From Eledone cirrhosa (Eukaryota): DNA of 64,000 bases. Under the pieces are notes generated by a model. It searched no databases. It worked only from the letters and a program-made list of their open reading frames with translations, and was not told where the DNA came from. Position numbers and translations under genes: made by a program. Positions 25,720 to 40,037 of the stretch are shown here, piece after piece (the stretch's first letter is position 1; the number at the start of each line of letters is the position of its first letter). Where the stretch lies: assembly GCA_964016885.1 (NCBI GenBank), contig OZ024740.1, forward strand, positions 310,434,001 through 310,498,000. The letters are read 5' to 3'.

Positions 25720-25970
25720 TAATACGAAGCATTGTGACATATGTAATAAAGAACCGATAATTCTCAAAAAGTCGTACAGTGTGTTAGAAAAGCACGGATC
25801 AATAGCACACGACGACAAGAGATTTTTCTATTAAAAACAACTTGACAGATTCCGCAGCCAAGACATCAAGGTCACCACAGACGCTATTGAAAAGGATACA
25901 GGAAACGTAAGAATCAAAGAGACCGTTATCAAGCACTAGAAAAACCACAGATCAATAAAATACTGGAGAT
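25720..25970 (+). pseudogene. Degenerate GIY-YIG endonuclease C-terminal fragment (Penelope-like)
   Basis: CDICNKE ... AIEKDTGNVRIKETVI ... KPQIN across frameshifts. Confidence 0.45.
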
Positions 25971-27451
25971 GTACGAGGCAGACTGGTAACTATAACGAAT
26001 TAACGCATGCCTATTTCAGACACGTGGGCCGCTTATGGAAGAATGCATTGATTGTTCGTGATATTCATGGACAAAGCTCTTATATATATTTATAGACTGC
26101 AATAATATATCATACTTTTTTGTAGAGTACAAATAAACTGTTTGTTAGGTGACCTTAGCGTTACAGTAAACACTTTATTGATTGTAAATTTAAGTTAGAT
26201 GTTTTGTGAAAAGAAATAGTCGTTTTCTCCTGATAAGTTATCTTCGTTTATGACTAACACTTTATCTATAATGTCTGGTATCACATTGATTGTTCGACTG
26301 AGCTAATTTACACAAATATAAATGGTATGCATTGTTCATTGCTAAGCCTATTGCCGAAGAATCAAATAATCTGTATCAAATTTGTATCAACTTTGCGTAA
26401 ACATTGCCAGATGCCCACATAAGGGATAATTGATGTTATATTTAGCTTTGGACAATACTATTTGTAATAATTATATCTCACTCCGTTACCAAAAGACGCT
26501 TGTTAATTTTTCCTCAATCGTCAGTGTTGTAATAGTTTGCTAAATCGATATTACGAGTTCCTTTTAATCAAGCTCTAATAATATCGATCTTTGAAACTTA
26601 CTGTTTTCCTGAAATGTCAATAAAAATTATAGCACAGACAAGAAAGCTATATTATTAATACCCCTTTATTATATTTGAATATAATTAAACATTCTTAGCT
26701 GTTTATTTGTTTTCTCGCTTCCTCCATACATCTTTGAATTTTCATTTGTGGTGAACGTTAGGCGGTGAGCTCTAATTCTCCAATAGTGTTATTTGTTATT
26801 TAAATTACAGAAATTCAAAGGGTTTAAATTAATTATAGCAGCAACTAACTCGTATAAATGATCTTTGCCTTTGAACGATTAACACCAGATTTTATCACCA
26901 CGCAAATTGGTCCATGATCTAAGGATCGAGCTATTGAAATATTTAGGATAGAATTTCTAATGCATCATATTCATGTATAATAAACATATATAAACAAAGT
27001 ATTAAATTTTAGAACACCCAATTGAACAGTGTCTCAGAATAAAAATAGGAAGGAAATTTGTTCAATATATTTACAAGTTACGAGAAGGAATTATATATGA
27101 GTACATTAGATTAGAGATGTTTCATGTTTTTAGTCATCCCCTGTATAGAGTACAATAAAGAGAATCAATGAATTATGAAACAAGAAGACATGCGTCTTAA
27201 TATGATATTCATATTAATCGAAGTAATGGATCGTTGCTCTTGAAAAAACAAATCATAGTGCTATTAGATTTCTCAGTAGATAGGTTTGACCTATATCTCT
27301 TATTTAAGAAATATTCGAATTTCAGCTGCAATTCAGTATCATTTAATGTACAACTGAACGATTCAATATTAGTTGCTGTGACAAATCTTGTTGATGAAAT
27401 GTAACACACCAATAGTTTCATCTAGAGTACTGAAATTCGGCACGAGTTCAA

Positions 27452-27693
27452 TTTATCTAAATTCACTGTTTCAAATATATCAGCTGGGAAGTGATATAGA
27501 ATTAATTTGGTCAGGCAAGAATTTCTGGTTTTTAAATAAAGGCACTCTCCAGGCGTGTTACATTTGTAGAATTCTACAAATGTAACACGCCTGGAGAGTG
27601 CCTTTATTTAAAAACCAGAAATTCTTGCCTGACCAAATGAATTCTATATCACTTCCCAGCTGATATATTTGAAACACAGTAAATTTAGATAAA
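27452..27693. repeat. Near-perfect spacerless ~242-bp palindrome
   Basis: Centre GTAGAATTCTAC at 27571/27572; arms pair with few mismatches. Confidence 0.95.
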
Positions 27694-29929
27694 GAATCAT
27701 AAGAGATACGATTATGGATTAGTGCTTTACGATCTAAAATTCCACCGAAAAAGACAACGGAAAAGCAGTGACGCGTGTGCTAAGAGTGGCCCTGGCCATA
27801 TAGTAGCAGTAATGGACAGATCTGGTGATCAGGGCTATATTTCCCTGCCCTCACACACACAGACAGATGGATAAGTTCATAAGTTGATAGGCACATGCCT
27901 TATATAATTAATGGTGTTTCATTTGTTGTTAGTTGAAAGTCGTCCATAATGATGAATATGATCGCATTTATTATGGGAATTTACTGATAGCAAGATTCCT
28001 CTTAATTTCCGTAAATGTCACATTTTAACATGATTCACATATACATATACAAATACATCTCACAGACCATACTATTCCGTATTTTACCTATATGTACGTC
28101 TAGCTACTAATCAAGCAATTGTTAGGTATACTCTTATATCTTGAAATATCTTGCACATATCCTTTACGTATTTAAATTGACTTTTGAAGCATTCACAAAA
28201 CGTTTGACGTCACCTTCACGTTCTAACATTTTAGCACACATATCAATAAGATTTGAGTGTAAGTTGTCTGCGAAGTTTAAATGGAATTCTGTATGAAGTT
28301 TATATTAATATTTCACATTTCCGATTTGGTCATATTTTATACAACTTGCCACCTCTTATATTGTATCATTAGGTATATCTAAAGGCTGTTTTCGTAGATG
28401 TCATTAATATTATTGTTGTTTTAGTTATAATACTAATAAGTTATTCACCATGCTTCGCAATCCAATTATATAACCTCAGCTACACTCACACAGTTTAGCA
28501 CTGCCCTGTGGATTTAAATATAAACCCTCAAACATGTCATTTAGATACGCTAAATCAGTACGAAATCTCAGATGGAGTTCAATTTTCCTCATGTAATTTG
28601 GAATAATACAGATGCTAATATTATAGAAATACCGTTTAGAAAGCTTAATTCTCAATCTAATTCTGTCATATAATTAACCTAGATATGCAAAGCACTGAAA
28701 TTCTGCCAGTTGTCGCTTTAAATGACTGACTATAAATTCGTAATATAACATCGATCACAGCAATAAAAACGTTGTGAAGTTTCCTTTTACTATGTATAAA
28801 GAGAGAGAAACAATAGGCCCATGCCAATATAATAGGCGACATACAGGACTATCATTCTTTGACATGTCATTTTTGTTATATTGAAATAATGGATAAAATT
28901 ATATTCATAATAGATACTTATATAGATTGATGGCATATGCGGCGAGTGTAAGAGGAAAACAAAATATAGAAGGCAGTTGATATGTTAATACGTATACTTG
29001 TTCAACGATATTTTATGTGTTTATGCGCGCGTGTGTGTATTATACGCAGAAGTATAAAGCAACATAGGGTAACCGTTAAATGCCCTAGAAAATGTTGTTG
29101 TACCGAAGGATATTAAGATGAGATTTAGAAGAGAATTATTTCATTAATTAATGTGAATGTGTTAGATTATTTAGCGATCAAACATAAAAGAAAAACATCG
29201 GTAGCGTACGTATTGGTGTAGGTATTAGTGTACAATAGGTTGAGATCTTACAATATTTTGCAGTATCTCGTTATTGGCCTCACATTGGATCTAAATAATT
29301 ATTTTTCTCTTTCACCAAAGTGTGCTTCTCAGATAGGTGATAGATGGTTTAATATTGGTGAATACTGAAACAATTTGGAGAATTTCATAATGAATTAAAC
29401 ATAAATATCAAAGACATGAACAAAATTTTGTTCGATTACATTTGGATACAGAGTTGAATTAAATGTATTAAACGCTGTAGGGCTTATTAAGGCATATTAA
29501 ATTAGTTTTTGCCACAAGAAAACGACGTTTAATTTTTTTTTCAATATGGGAGAAAATGAAAACGAAAACCAATTAAAATATTGTAAATGACAGTCTCATT
29601 CTTCAAATGTAATTAAAATTGGCCGCCCACGGTGTTGAAAAGCGCAGTATTGAATACTTTGCTTCAACAGACTTGAATATATTTCAAAACTATTTTTAGT
29701 CTGTGCATTATTGTTTAACAGAGCAATATTTAAAGTTTATATCTGAAATTCTAAATTAGTATATTAGTATGTGTTTTTCTTCGTTTTTATAAGCAGTAAC
29801 AGACAAGGGTATTTTCAATCCTAGGTTATAATTAGTTCCCACAAATTATAAATCAGGTCGATGGTGAACGATGAAAGAATTCCTTAAATGATAATAACAA
29901 TATTGATAATGATAATAATATAATTCTGG

Positions 29930-31015
29930 AAAACATTATGGAGTACAGTGAAATCCCACAATGCGAATATAGAATAGATAAAGAACTTCGAAGAAACATA
30001 GGATAATTTAGAAAGGCAAATTTGGCAAGACATAACTATGGAAGACCTGAAGTTCGCACTGAAGAAAGCCAACAAATGGAAATCCCCTGGCGTTCATAAG
30101 GGGCCAAACGTCTTGTTATCTTCTCTAACTTCCACCCATATTATGTTGGTAAACATTAATAACAAAATTATGCACAATCCTGAAAATAAATCCAGACTGG
30201 TTTGCACATGACATATCTCTTGCCAAAATCAACAGAAATAAATATTCCAAAATATTATCGTCCTGTAACTTGCCTCCCCACATCAAAAAATGATAACCTG
30301 AATCTTGAATGAGACAAAGTAAAATTCATGGATGAAAATCATCCATTCATCTGGCAGTGGAGACTTCTGGTGTCCTTGGCCCTAGGGCTACCTCCCTACT
30401 CACCACCATAGGCGCTGAGCTGGCCAGCCGCAAGTATGAGCCTCATAGAATGGCCCTTCCAGCGCATCTCCCTTACCATCCTCCGGAGAAATGCCTTCTC
30501 CATTCTGTCCGCCGGGGCTGTGAGGCGGCCAACACGTGGAACCCCATTTGCTCACCATACAGAGAGATAGGGGGGGCGGGGCAGAGAAAGCTAGAGAGAG
30601 ATTGAGAGAATGGTTAGATAGTGTGTATGAGGGAGGTAAAGTGATACAGAGTAAAAGAAAGCCAAGGAAATGAAAAGAAAGAAAGAAAAGGAGAGAGAGG
30701 AAGGATGTAGTTTAAATAGAAGTTGAGTCTGAAGAGAGGTTCTATTAATTATTGAGCAGAAAGGTTGTCGCCGTGGGTCTTATGGGTGCCAAAATCCAAC
30801 TTCTCATTAAACGCATGATTATGGAAAACTGTCATAAAAGGTGTATAAATTTAAGTACTACTTGGATTGACTATAAGAAACCGTTTGACAGTGTTCTCCA
30901 CACATGGATTTTGAAAATGTTTAATGCTTTGAAAATGACCCCAGTAATACCAAACTTCCTGAAATTGAGCATGTCTATTTGGAATACAAAATTATCATTA
31001 TCACACATTGATTGA
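29930..31015 (+). mobile_element. R4/Dong-like non-LTR RT fragment, interrupted at ~30345-30750
   Basis: ALKKANKWKSPG, YRPVTCLPT, EQKGCRRGSYGC, QLLIK, WIDYKKPFDSVLHTWI. Confidence 0.75.
30345..30750 (+). mobile_element. 3' fragment of a CRE-like non-LTR element (end of the restriction-like endonuclease plus purine-rich tail)
   Basis: LAVETSGVLGPRATSLLTTIGAELA..., then after a frameshift WPFQRISLTILRRNAFSIL (QR.S..I.RGNA-like). Confidence 0.6.
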
Positions 31016-31371
31016 ACTATAAATTCCATATGTTCCTCAATAATGCACTTATTTATTTTTTCTATAGGGCGAACGTTGTAACACGTATATCGCTCACCAA
31101 AGTATTTTCCAAACATCGATTCTCCAGATAGGAGAAACATAAGGAAAAGCATATATATTCTCTCTATGTATATGTGCAGGAGATTATATATCACGAAGAA
31201 AATATTGATTATTCTTTAAATCATTAACGATTAACTGTTATGATTTTAATGAAATCAGATTTCGAAATCTATATGTCGGTTGAACGCACTATCATATACT
31301 GTATGAATGTAGACGTACATAGATTTCTGTGTACATTCGTATAATTTACACACACACACATACACACACAC

Positions 31372-31501
<130 letters not shown>

Positions 31502-31634
31502 TATATATTATATATATATATATATTTTCCCACTCTACTACCCTAAGTATTGAGTACTCTGGTGCGTTATGGTCTATCTGGTTCCTTACCACAATTTCAT
31601 TGTTATATATATATATATATATAGGAAGGTATAT

Positions 31635-31673
31635 GTTGCTGACGATAGCTAATAAGCTTGAAACTAGTACAGC
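31635..31673 (+). ncRNA. Minimal (39-nt) type I hammerhead motif
   Basis: GTTG-CTGACGA-tAGCT-AATA-AGCTt-GAAA-CTAG-TA-CAGC; palindromic ACTAGT. Confidence 0.65.
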
Positions 31674-31871
31674 GTTCCTTTGTCAGTGTTGAACAAACGA
31701 GCAACGATGGTTGCTAGACACTACGGCTTAATACGGGATGTTTGTTTACAAACACACCGAGCATTATAATAAATGTTCGGTGAATCCATACGTACATATA
31801 TGTGTGTGCATGTATGTATATATATATATATACATACTACTGTACGTCTGTATACATATATGTATGTACGT

Positions 31872-31967
31872 ATACATACTTATATTTAAGTAACATCCGT
31901 ACTAAGAGTGGAAAATGAAACGAAATTTCATTTCCCACTCTTAGTACGGCTGTTACTTAAATATAAG

Positions 31968-31974
<7 letters not shown>
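31872..31974. repeat. ~100-bp hairpin at the end of the HHR-bearing insert
   Basis: ATACTTATATTTAAGTAACA..CGTACTAAGAGTGG pairs with CCACTCTTAGTACG..TGTTACTTAAATATAAGTAT. Confidence 0.85.
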
Positions 31975-32055
<81 letters not shown>

Positions 32056-32204
32056 TATACATATGTATATATACATATATATATATGTGTGTATAATGTA
32101 ATATAGAAATGACTTCTACTGGTCATATTAAATTCGTTGTTTACACTCTACTCATGTATTGAGTACTTTACTTATTGTAGTTACCCCCGATTCAACCCGG
32201 GTCT

Positions 32205-32276
<72 letters not shown>

Positions 32277-33073
32277 TGTGTTTGTGTGTGCGTGTGTGTG
32301 TGCGTGTGTGTGTGTGTGTATAGGTTGTGGTTGATTGTTTGTGTGTTTGTTAAACTTTTGTCAGTTCAAACGAGGAGATTTCCAGTTGTTTGATGAAAGG
32401 AAATATCTTATTATAGTACCTAGTTTCAGATGAGAGGATGTCAGAGAATGGTTGTCCTGAATTCGTCTTATTCTAAGTACATAGCTAAAGGGTTGTTTTG
32501 ACAAAGCAACAGATAAACATAAATTATATCATTATGTGTATGAAGACAAACACTAAGTTTCTCTCATGTTTGTAAATTGTTGTTCTTTACGAGCGAACGC
32601 TATTAGACTGAAAGCTATTAATGTAACACACTATGATGTATTAAAAATCCTCTCGCCCACACACACAAACACACAGAATTTGTAATAAAATCTGTCGCAT
32701 AACCGAGAGCACTTAACGTTGAGAAGACCAAATCTTTTCTCTCTCGGCCTCATACCAACATACTGTGTGCGCTTGTAGAATCAGAATAAACTCAATGCCG
32801 TACCGCGTAGCAATTGTAGCAGAATGTAACCTTCTTTCTAGACCACACCATCGCACTTCACCTTAGCGGCTTCTACTCTAACCATCACATTATCCAAGCA
32901 CTAAAATGGAAAGCAACTTATGTCTATATCGAGCAGACATTACCTCCCTCTGTATGTGATGACTGCATTGCGTATTCATGAATGCCACAGAAGTTCGTAT
33001 CCCGCTGGATTCTGAACAAAATGTGTTATGGATATCTACATCTGACCTTCACTATTGTCATTATTGTATATAT

Positions 33074-33157
<84 letters not shown>

Positions 33158-34519
33158 ACAGAGTTATAGAGATAGAGAGATAGAGAGGGGGAGAGAGAGA
33201 TAAATGGAACAAGAGAAAAATATAACATGACAAAGCATATAATTTTATAACGCCTTGTAGAATAGGAAAATATACTTAACGTTTCGTACATCTGTAGGTC
33301 ATCGGCAGTATTATAGAGATTAGATGATACTTGTTTGAGAGAAGGAGAATCATGACGATAGACGATAATAAGAAAAGAAATAAGACGGGACTATTAGACA
33401 GGAGGAAAGCAAGTATGTGTAATCGGCCTGCCATTTTGGGAGCAGTCGTTTCAGAGTTACTGGAGGGAGATGTGTATCAGGGGTTTACGAATAAATATAA
33501 GATACTCCATGCAGAAAGTAGAGAGGGAACAGTATCTTTTTCTTTTCTTTTTTTTTTTCATTCGGCATTAATTGAAATAACTGCAACCAACGTTTTATGG
33601 CAACGCTAGAACCAAAACTGATGGAACAGAAGCTTTGTTTAACCAATTGTCCGTATTGTTTTACATGTCTAACTACCATGTAAAAACCGAAACTCCCCAG
33701 TAGCAGCAAATGTCTTTATAAGTACATTTGTATGCTGGATTATATACTGATGTATGCACGGATTTGAAGAGATATTTATATGAGAGCACCCATGTGTGTG
33801 TATGATATATGTGCGGAGCAGAACAAATGTATTAAAATGTTGTACTGTAGCCAACAATGTTAACATATTAGGGTTATTATTTAGCCCAAGTTGTCTTTCG
33901 GCTGTTAAAGATACTTTTTAGCCTCAAGGTCTGACACCGTGTTTGGAATGAATTTACCAGGTGCTGTAAATGGGGAGCGGTACACCATTTCCGTGAATAA
34001 AGTGTTAAGGTTTTTATTTGGGGCGGTGCCGATTCCCACCAGTGGGTAACCGTCGAGTGACGGCAATTACTTTTCTGTAGAATGCATGCACTGATATGCA
34101 TATGCTTGCGTGAACATGGCTCCTAAAATAATGCATATATATGCATGCATACATAATCGAATACATATGTTGTCTTTGTACGTGTGATGGTGTGTCTGTA
34201 CGTATTTGTATAAATATATTTGCGTTTAATAATAATATATACACATCCGAATATAGTTTGAATATACGTCTACCATCACCACTACCATCATTATCATTAT
34301 CATCATCACCACCACCAACACCACCTCTACATTGGAAATTCGAAGCGCATAACGTTCGTTAGCAAAATGTAAGTGTTACCTAGGTAATAAATTAACTATC
34401 ATAAATATATAATAGTAGTTTCATCACGTCTTCTGTATCTATCTAATGTTAATCGATTTATTTCGCTCTCAATATATATTACATATATCATAAAGAGTAT
34501 ATTTCTTTTATCATTTACC

Positions 34520-34637
34520 GGCAGAATCATAGAATGTTTTTCGGTATTGATTCCGGCTCTCTACTTTCTAAGATCAAATCCCACCGATATCAACTTTGTT
34601 TTCCATCCTTTCGGGGTTGATTAAAAAAATACCAGTC
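34520..34637 (+). mobile_element. Old, diverged SINE relative
   Basis: GATCAAATCCCACCG..AACTTTG..CATCCTTTCGGGGTTGATTAAA resembles the family core. Confidence 0.55.
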
Positions 34638-35330
34638 TAGTACTGAGGTCGGTTCTTCCTTTATATCTCTTTTCCACTTCCTCTCTCTCACTTTCCATTC
34701 TTCTCTGGAAAAGATCTGCTGTGTTCAGACCTGGAGAAGTATGAGTTCCATAAGGCTTAAAATGCGCAAGAAACGCCGTTACAGGACCATACCATACCAA
34801 TGTTAATACACAGTGTTTCCTTCTATCTTTCATTTCGTTTTAATGTCAATAAGATCCGGTTGTTGCCATTTCCACCAGTGTTAGTAAATGTATCAGATGC
34901 AAATCCAACCTTGCTTGAGTTGTTTTATTTACATACTGTCTCCAATGTCAAATATAAACACCGTTTATATACAACCTCTTCTTGCACACGCGTCAATAAT
35001 CTTGTAAAACAAACACAAAAACATGTAGAAGTTAGTGTTTAGTTTGAAAGCTATGAATATGCAAATTGTGTGGAGGAGATTATTAAAACTGATAACAACG
35101 ATATAGTTCGCTATAAGTCCTTATATTTCGAGACAACATCTCTTTATGAGAAGATCAATAGAAGAAATTTGTTCGAAGCTGTATATTTATTTGAATGCCC
35201 TAAGTAGTAATTTCCTGAAACACTGGAAGTAGCGAACGGACGACGTCGTATATTCTGATCCAAGCAACTGTTTTACTTCTGAAATGTAATGAAGTGTGGC
35301 ACTGTGTTGAAGTATATAAGCCTATATATG

Positions 35331-35427
<97 letters not shown>

Positions 35428-38400
35428 TTCAATAGATAGATAGATAGGTGCGTGTGTGTGCGTATGTGTTTGTGTGCATGTGTATGTATGCGCACACGCG
35501 TGGGACATATAACAGTGTTGTGAATTCGTATTATGCATGCATTTTCGAAATATAAAACGTGTCAGTAAACGAGCGGTTTTAACGAAATTGATATTCGGAT
35601 GAATATGATAGAAGTGTAAAGTATTTTATATCGTAATTGATTATATAATTCAGCTGTAATCACATCAGGGGGTCAAACGTTACACACGCACTTCTATAAT
35701 CTGTTCGGTAGACCAAGAAAGATAAAACACATGTGAATGTTTCAATACAAAATGTGTTCAATGTAATGTAATCTTGTATTTGAAAGCCAGACAAGTGGCA
35801 AATTGTAGCAATGATTAGATTAATTATAAAACTATATATTGTTTTGACAATTAAGGTCGTAGAGTAACCAAACGGTTGTATTTGAATATCATGGGAATAT
35901 CATTGGAATAACATATTTTGTCATATTAATAGACCTAGGTGAAGACTTTTCTATCGCGAAATAATAGCAATTTATGATTGTGTAACTTAATAAATACAAT
36001 GAATGTATTTTTTCTATTTTTATATGATGAAGTATCTCGTTTTACAAAGGTGTATCGGGTGAGTTGGATTTTGCTTTACAGATCAATAATTACATATTAT
36101 TATTCTAAATCAACTGTTTCTTGTCCGCTAGGCGTCCAAGAGCAGTACAGAAACATGTGTAGTTAAGAGTTGGTGTGACCGTAATATTAAATTCTGACTT
36201 CGGCTTTAAATCCTAAATAAACATGAACATGTACATTCATAGTGAAATATTAGGGTTTCAAGATTTGTGTTTGGAATATCTATTTGAATTCATAGGAAAG
36301 CCCACGTTTTGTCATTAATTACATCAGCAAAATGAATGAAAATGAGTCTTTTAATGTATTTTACATTCGAAATCTAATACATAATTTAAGTATTTAATTC
36401 TTTCTACACACAAATACATATACAGAAGTCAAATCCTACCTTGTTTCTTAATATGGATGTATATGTGGAGTTGAATCTTCAATAATTTCTATGCATGACT
36501 TAAAAATTAAACCTTGAAATATTTTCCTTAACATATTTGGGAAATTTCAAGCACGGATTCCAAGAATGGGGCGATTAACAAAGTCTTTATAGTGCGGGCA
36601 AATTTCCTTTCGTTCCATGAAATTAATTGCGAATGAGAAATAGTGGAATGGCGGAGCTTTTAAAGCTTTGGATGTAAGAAATATCTTATAATATCTTCAG
36701 TTCTAAGTACACATCATACAATAACTTACATGGATGGTAGATTTAATCAATTACCGCTTTCTGTGGTGGCTTTCTGTGATATCGACGCTGCTGCAAGCAT
36801 TTGAGTCCGGTCTTCAGTTTGAGGATACCGTCCACCTTCCCTCCTATTAGTCACGAAGGATCTGCAAAACTCAAAGGATGTGTCCTACATTCCCCATCAA
36901 AACAGTAAAAATATAATTTATATTTACCGTTTTAGTTCAATAAAAATTCAAGCAGATTTCAGTTAATTGCCTACGTTTTTCTTATATTCAACAGGTGATC
37001 GTAAATATGTTATTATATATATGTTTTATCTAAAATCTAAACAGTTTATATAAATACATTCAAAAACACAAGTAAACTACACTATATATAGTGTATGAGA
37101 GAGAAATAAGTTGTTAAGCAGTTTCTTTGAAAAAGGCATACAATAATTTATGACTACCCTCACTAAATTACTTATTGAGTTATTTGCTTGAATTGCTGGA
37201 TATACAAGTCAACTCACCTTCGCATAGAACACTTCTCATTTTTAAAAAATGCACATTGTATAGTATAGACCTGAGGACTCTGTATACGATATAATCTGAG
37301 CTATACTGTATTTAATTACTGGTTTGCACACAAACTCTGACCTCTCATTAAACATCACCAGCGACTACAGTTTGTCTTTCACCTTTCTCAGGTTTGTTAT
37401 GATCTGTTCAATCAGTTATCTACACATATTTAACTTGATGTTAATGAAACTATTGTATATAGATAACCTACGTTTGGCTATGGAGGTTTACTATCTGAGA
37501 TAAAAAGCGAAAATGATACTTCTAGTACGTATTTTGTTGACGTTTAAAGTTAATCAGTAAACTCAGATGCCTGAGTTTAATTTCTCCGTTCATCTATTGA
37601 CTTTTCTGCCAGGCCTGTTATGTACGTTTTATAGACCTTTTGCCTATTCCGCGTTTATATCGTTTTATAATTATTAACATCTGTAGTCTAATTCACCGAT
37701 CAATTTACTGGAAGTTTACTGCACTATTTCATCCGTGTCATCATTGTACTATAAAATTGCGCTTTTAACGATATTCAGATGGACAGCAGATATTGAACAT
37801 TAGGTATAATTGCATTAATAGCATTTTCATTTCAATATGAATGACTAAAACGAAGTTACAGCAATTTACTAAATAACCTTAGCTGATTATAATAATTTTT
37901 AGGAAGATGATCTTACAAAGTTAACAAGAGTCGTTTGACGGTGAACCTCCTGTTCCCACTAGATTCTTTAGAATTAGAAATAACAGCGCATTTCCAAGAA
38001 CATTACACTTTTACAGTAGTGTCGACTCTACAAATAACTTGAGAGTGGAATTCCGTGGACGAATGCTGTCAACGACTGTCAGTGATAATGTTTTTGTTCT
38101 TGTGTCGGCTGGTAAAAGGTTCCTCTGATCGGAGGTAATTTTAGCGCACTTCTTTCTATAGTGAGCATTCGGGCCAGGTCTTCGATCAGGGGATAACTAT
38201 TTCGTCCTTGCTACTAAACCTGAAATCTCTGAATATTGTAATTGTTGTTACACCTCCTCTTCTAAGCCATTAAAACAAGATAACAAAATATATGTACCTT
38301 ACTATAATTTGTTATTTTTTAAATTTTGTATGATGTTGTTATAAACCTTGGCACTCATATTCGTTAAGTACTATCTATTAAAATTGTTTATATTATGATA

Positions 38401-39084
38401 GGAAGTATTCTCTGATTTGGCCCAAAGGTCATCTACTATATCTTAAACAAAACAATCTATTAGTGAAACCTCATATAATAATGGATTTGTAGTCACTTTA
38501 AGAAAGAAACTTATCAAAGCATTATTTTAATAAGAAAATGTTGCGAGCAAGTTTTCGCTTTAAACTTAGCCCTTTATCACATATGTTAATCTGAAAAGTG
38601 GTTTCAGAATATCTTTTTTCTACTTACGTTTTTCCGGTCGACAGTCACGACTGAAAATAACTATGTAGAAACCTTCCATTAGCACAGATCAATAAAACCA
38701 AAAAGGAACGTCAACACAATGAAAAACACAAACAAACAAACAAAGAATTGTTATTTCTTTAAAATCATATGGGTAGTGAATTGGAAACACAGTAATGTAA
38801 ATATTTCTAAGAACGATTTACTGCTGTTCATCCCCGGCTAATTTTGGATTTGGGTGGCTCTTAAAATAATCATTATATACTGAATCTCTTACATGACTTA
38901 ACGTTTTTATTCCAGCAAGGACGAATATTGTGCTTCAGAAAAATAACACCATTTGGCTCAATTTCCATTTTAGTGTGATAAATGACTGCGAGAATAAAAA
39001 AAAATATTTCAAGCTTTATATCGTTATATTTGTATTATTTCGGAAAATACACGATCTTTTTTCATTATTACCACAAGGACACAG

Positions 39085-39125
<41 letters not shown>

Positions 39126-39149
39126 ATTATATTTGTATGTATAAGTATG

Positions 39150-39184
<35 letters not shown>

Positions 39185-39486
39185 TATTATTATGTAATAA
39201 ACAACATAAGGCAATTATTCCATTTACCAGTGGTTTCTTAAAAGCAAAAGGTTTTGCTTTCAATCCTCAGAATGAAAAATCCTGGTTTGTTTATTGAATA
39301 TGGATTCTAAAAACGAAAATGCAATCTATATGAAAGTGAGGCTGGAAAAGGGAGAAGGAAAGGAAAAATAAAATAAAATAAAACTACACATGCAAACACA
39401 CACAAAAAAACCCAAAAGCATACTTACACACACACACATATATACACATATAATTTGCACGCATACACATATACACATACACATAC

Positions 39487-39537
<51 letters not shown>

Positions 39538-39640
39538 CACATACATACACATATATATATATAAAGAGCGTACACCTACACACACATACACATATATATA
39601 CACACACATATACACATACATATATTCATACATACACACG

Positions 39641-39676
<36 letters not shown>

Positions 39677-39949
39677 TATATATACACATGAGCGAGAGAG
39701 AGAGAGAATTAAAGTGTTCGCTCCGACATAGATGTATACATATAGGTACGTGTATCTAGCGATATACGGTATGTTTACAAATTAACATTTGAAAGCCTTT
39801 AGCTATGAATGTTGGAAGCTGAAAGGCTAGTGCCACGTGTGTGCTGCTCATGCTTAAGCATCAACCGATAGCATTGCTCAAAATAGAGTTGTTGTCATCA
39901 TGTGTGTATGTATATAAGTCTGTATCATGGATGTATATATGTATATATT

Positions 39950-40037
<88 letters not shown>

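Noticed and set aside
33272-33311. Minus-strand CCGATGA..GAAACGTT HHR-like motif
   Set aside because: U4 is mutated and the closing pairs of stems I and II are mismatched; at most a decayed relic.
35118-35154. Minus-strand GAGA/TCTC-GAAA-TATA motif
   Set aside because: The core reads CTCATAAA, too far from CUGANGA.
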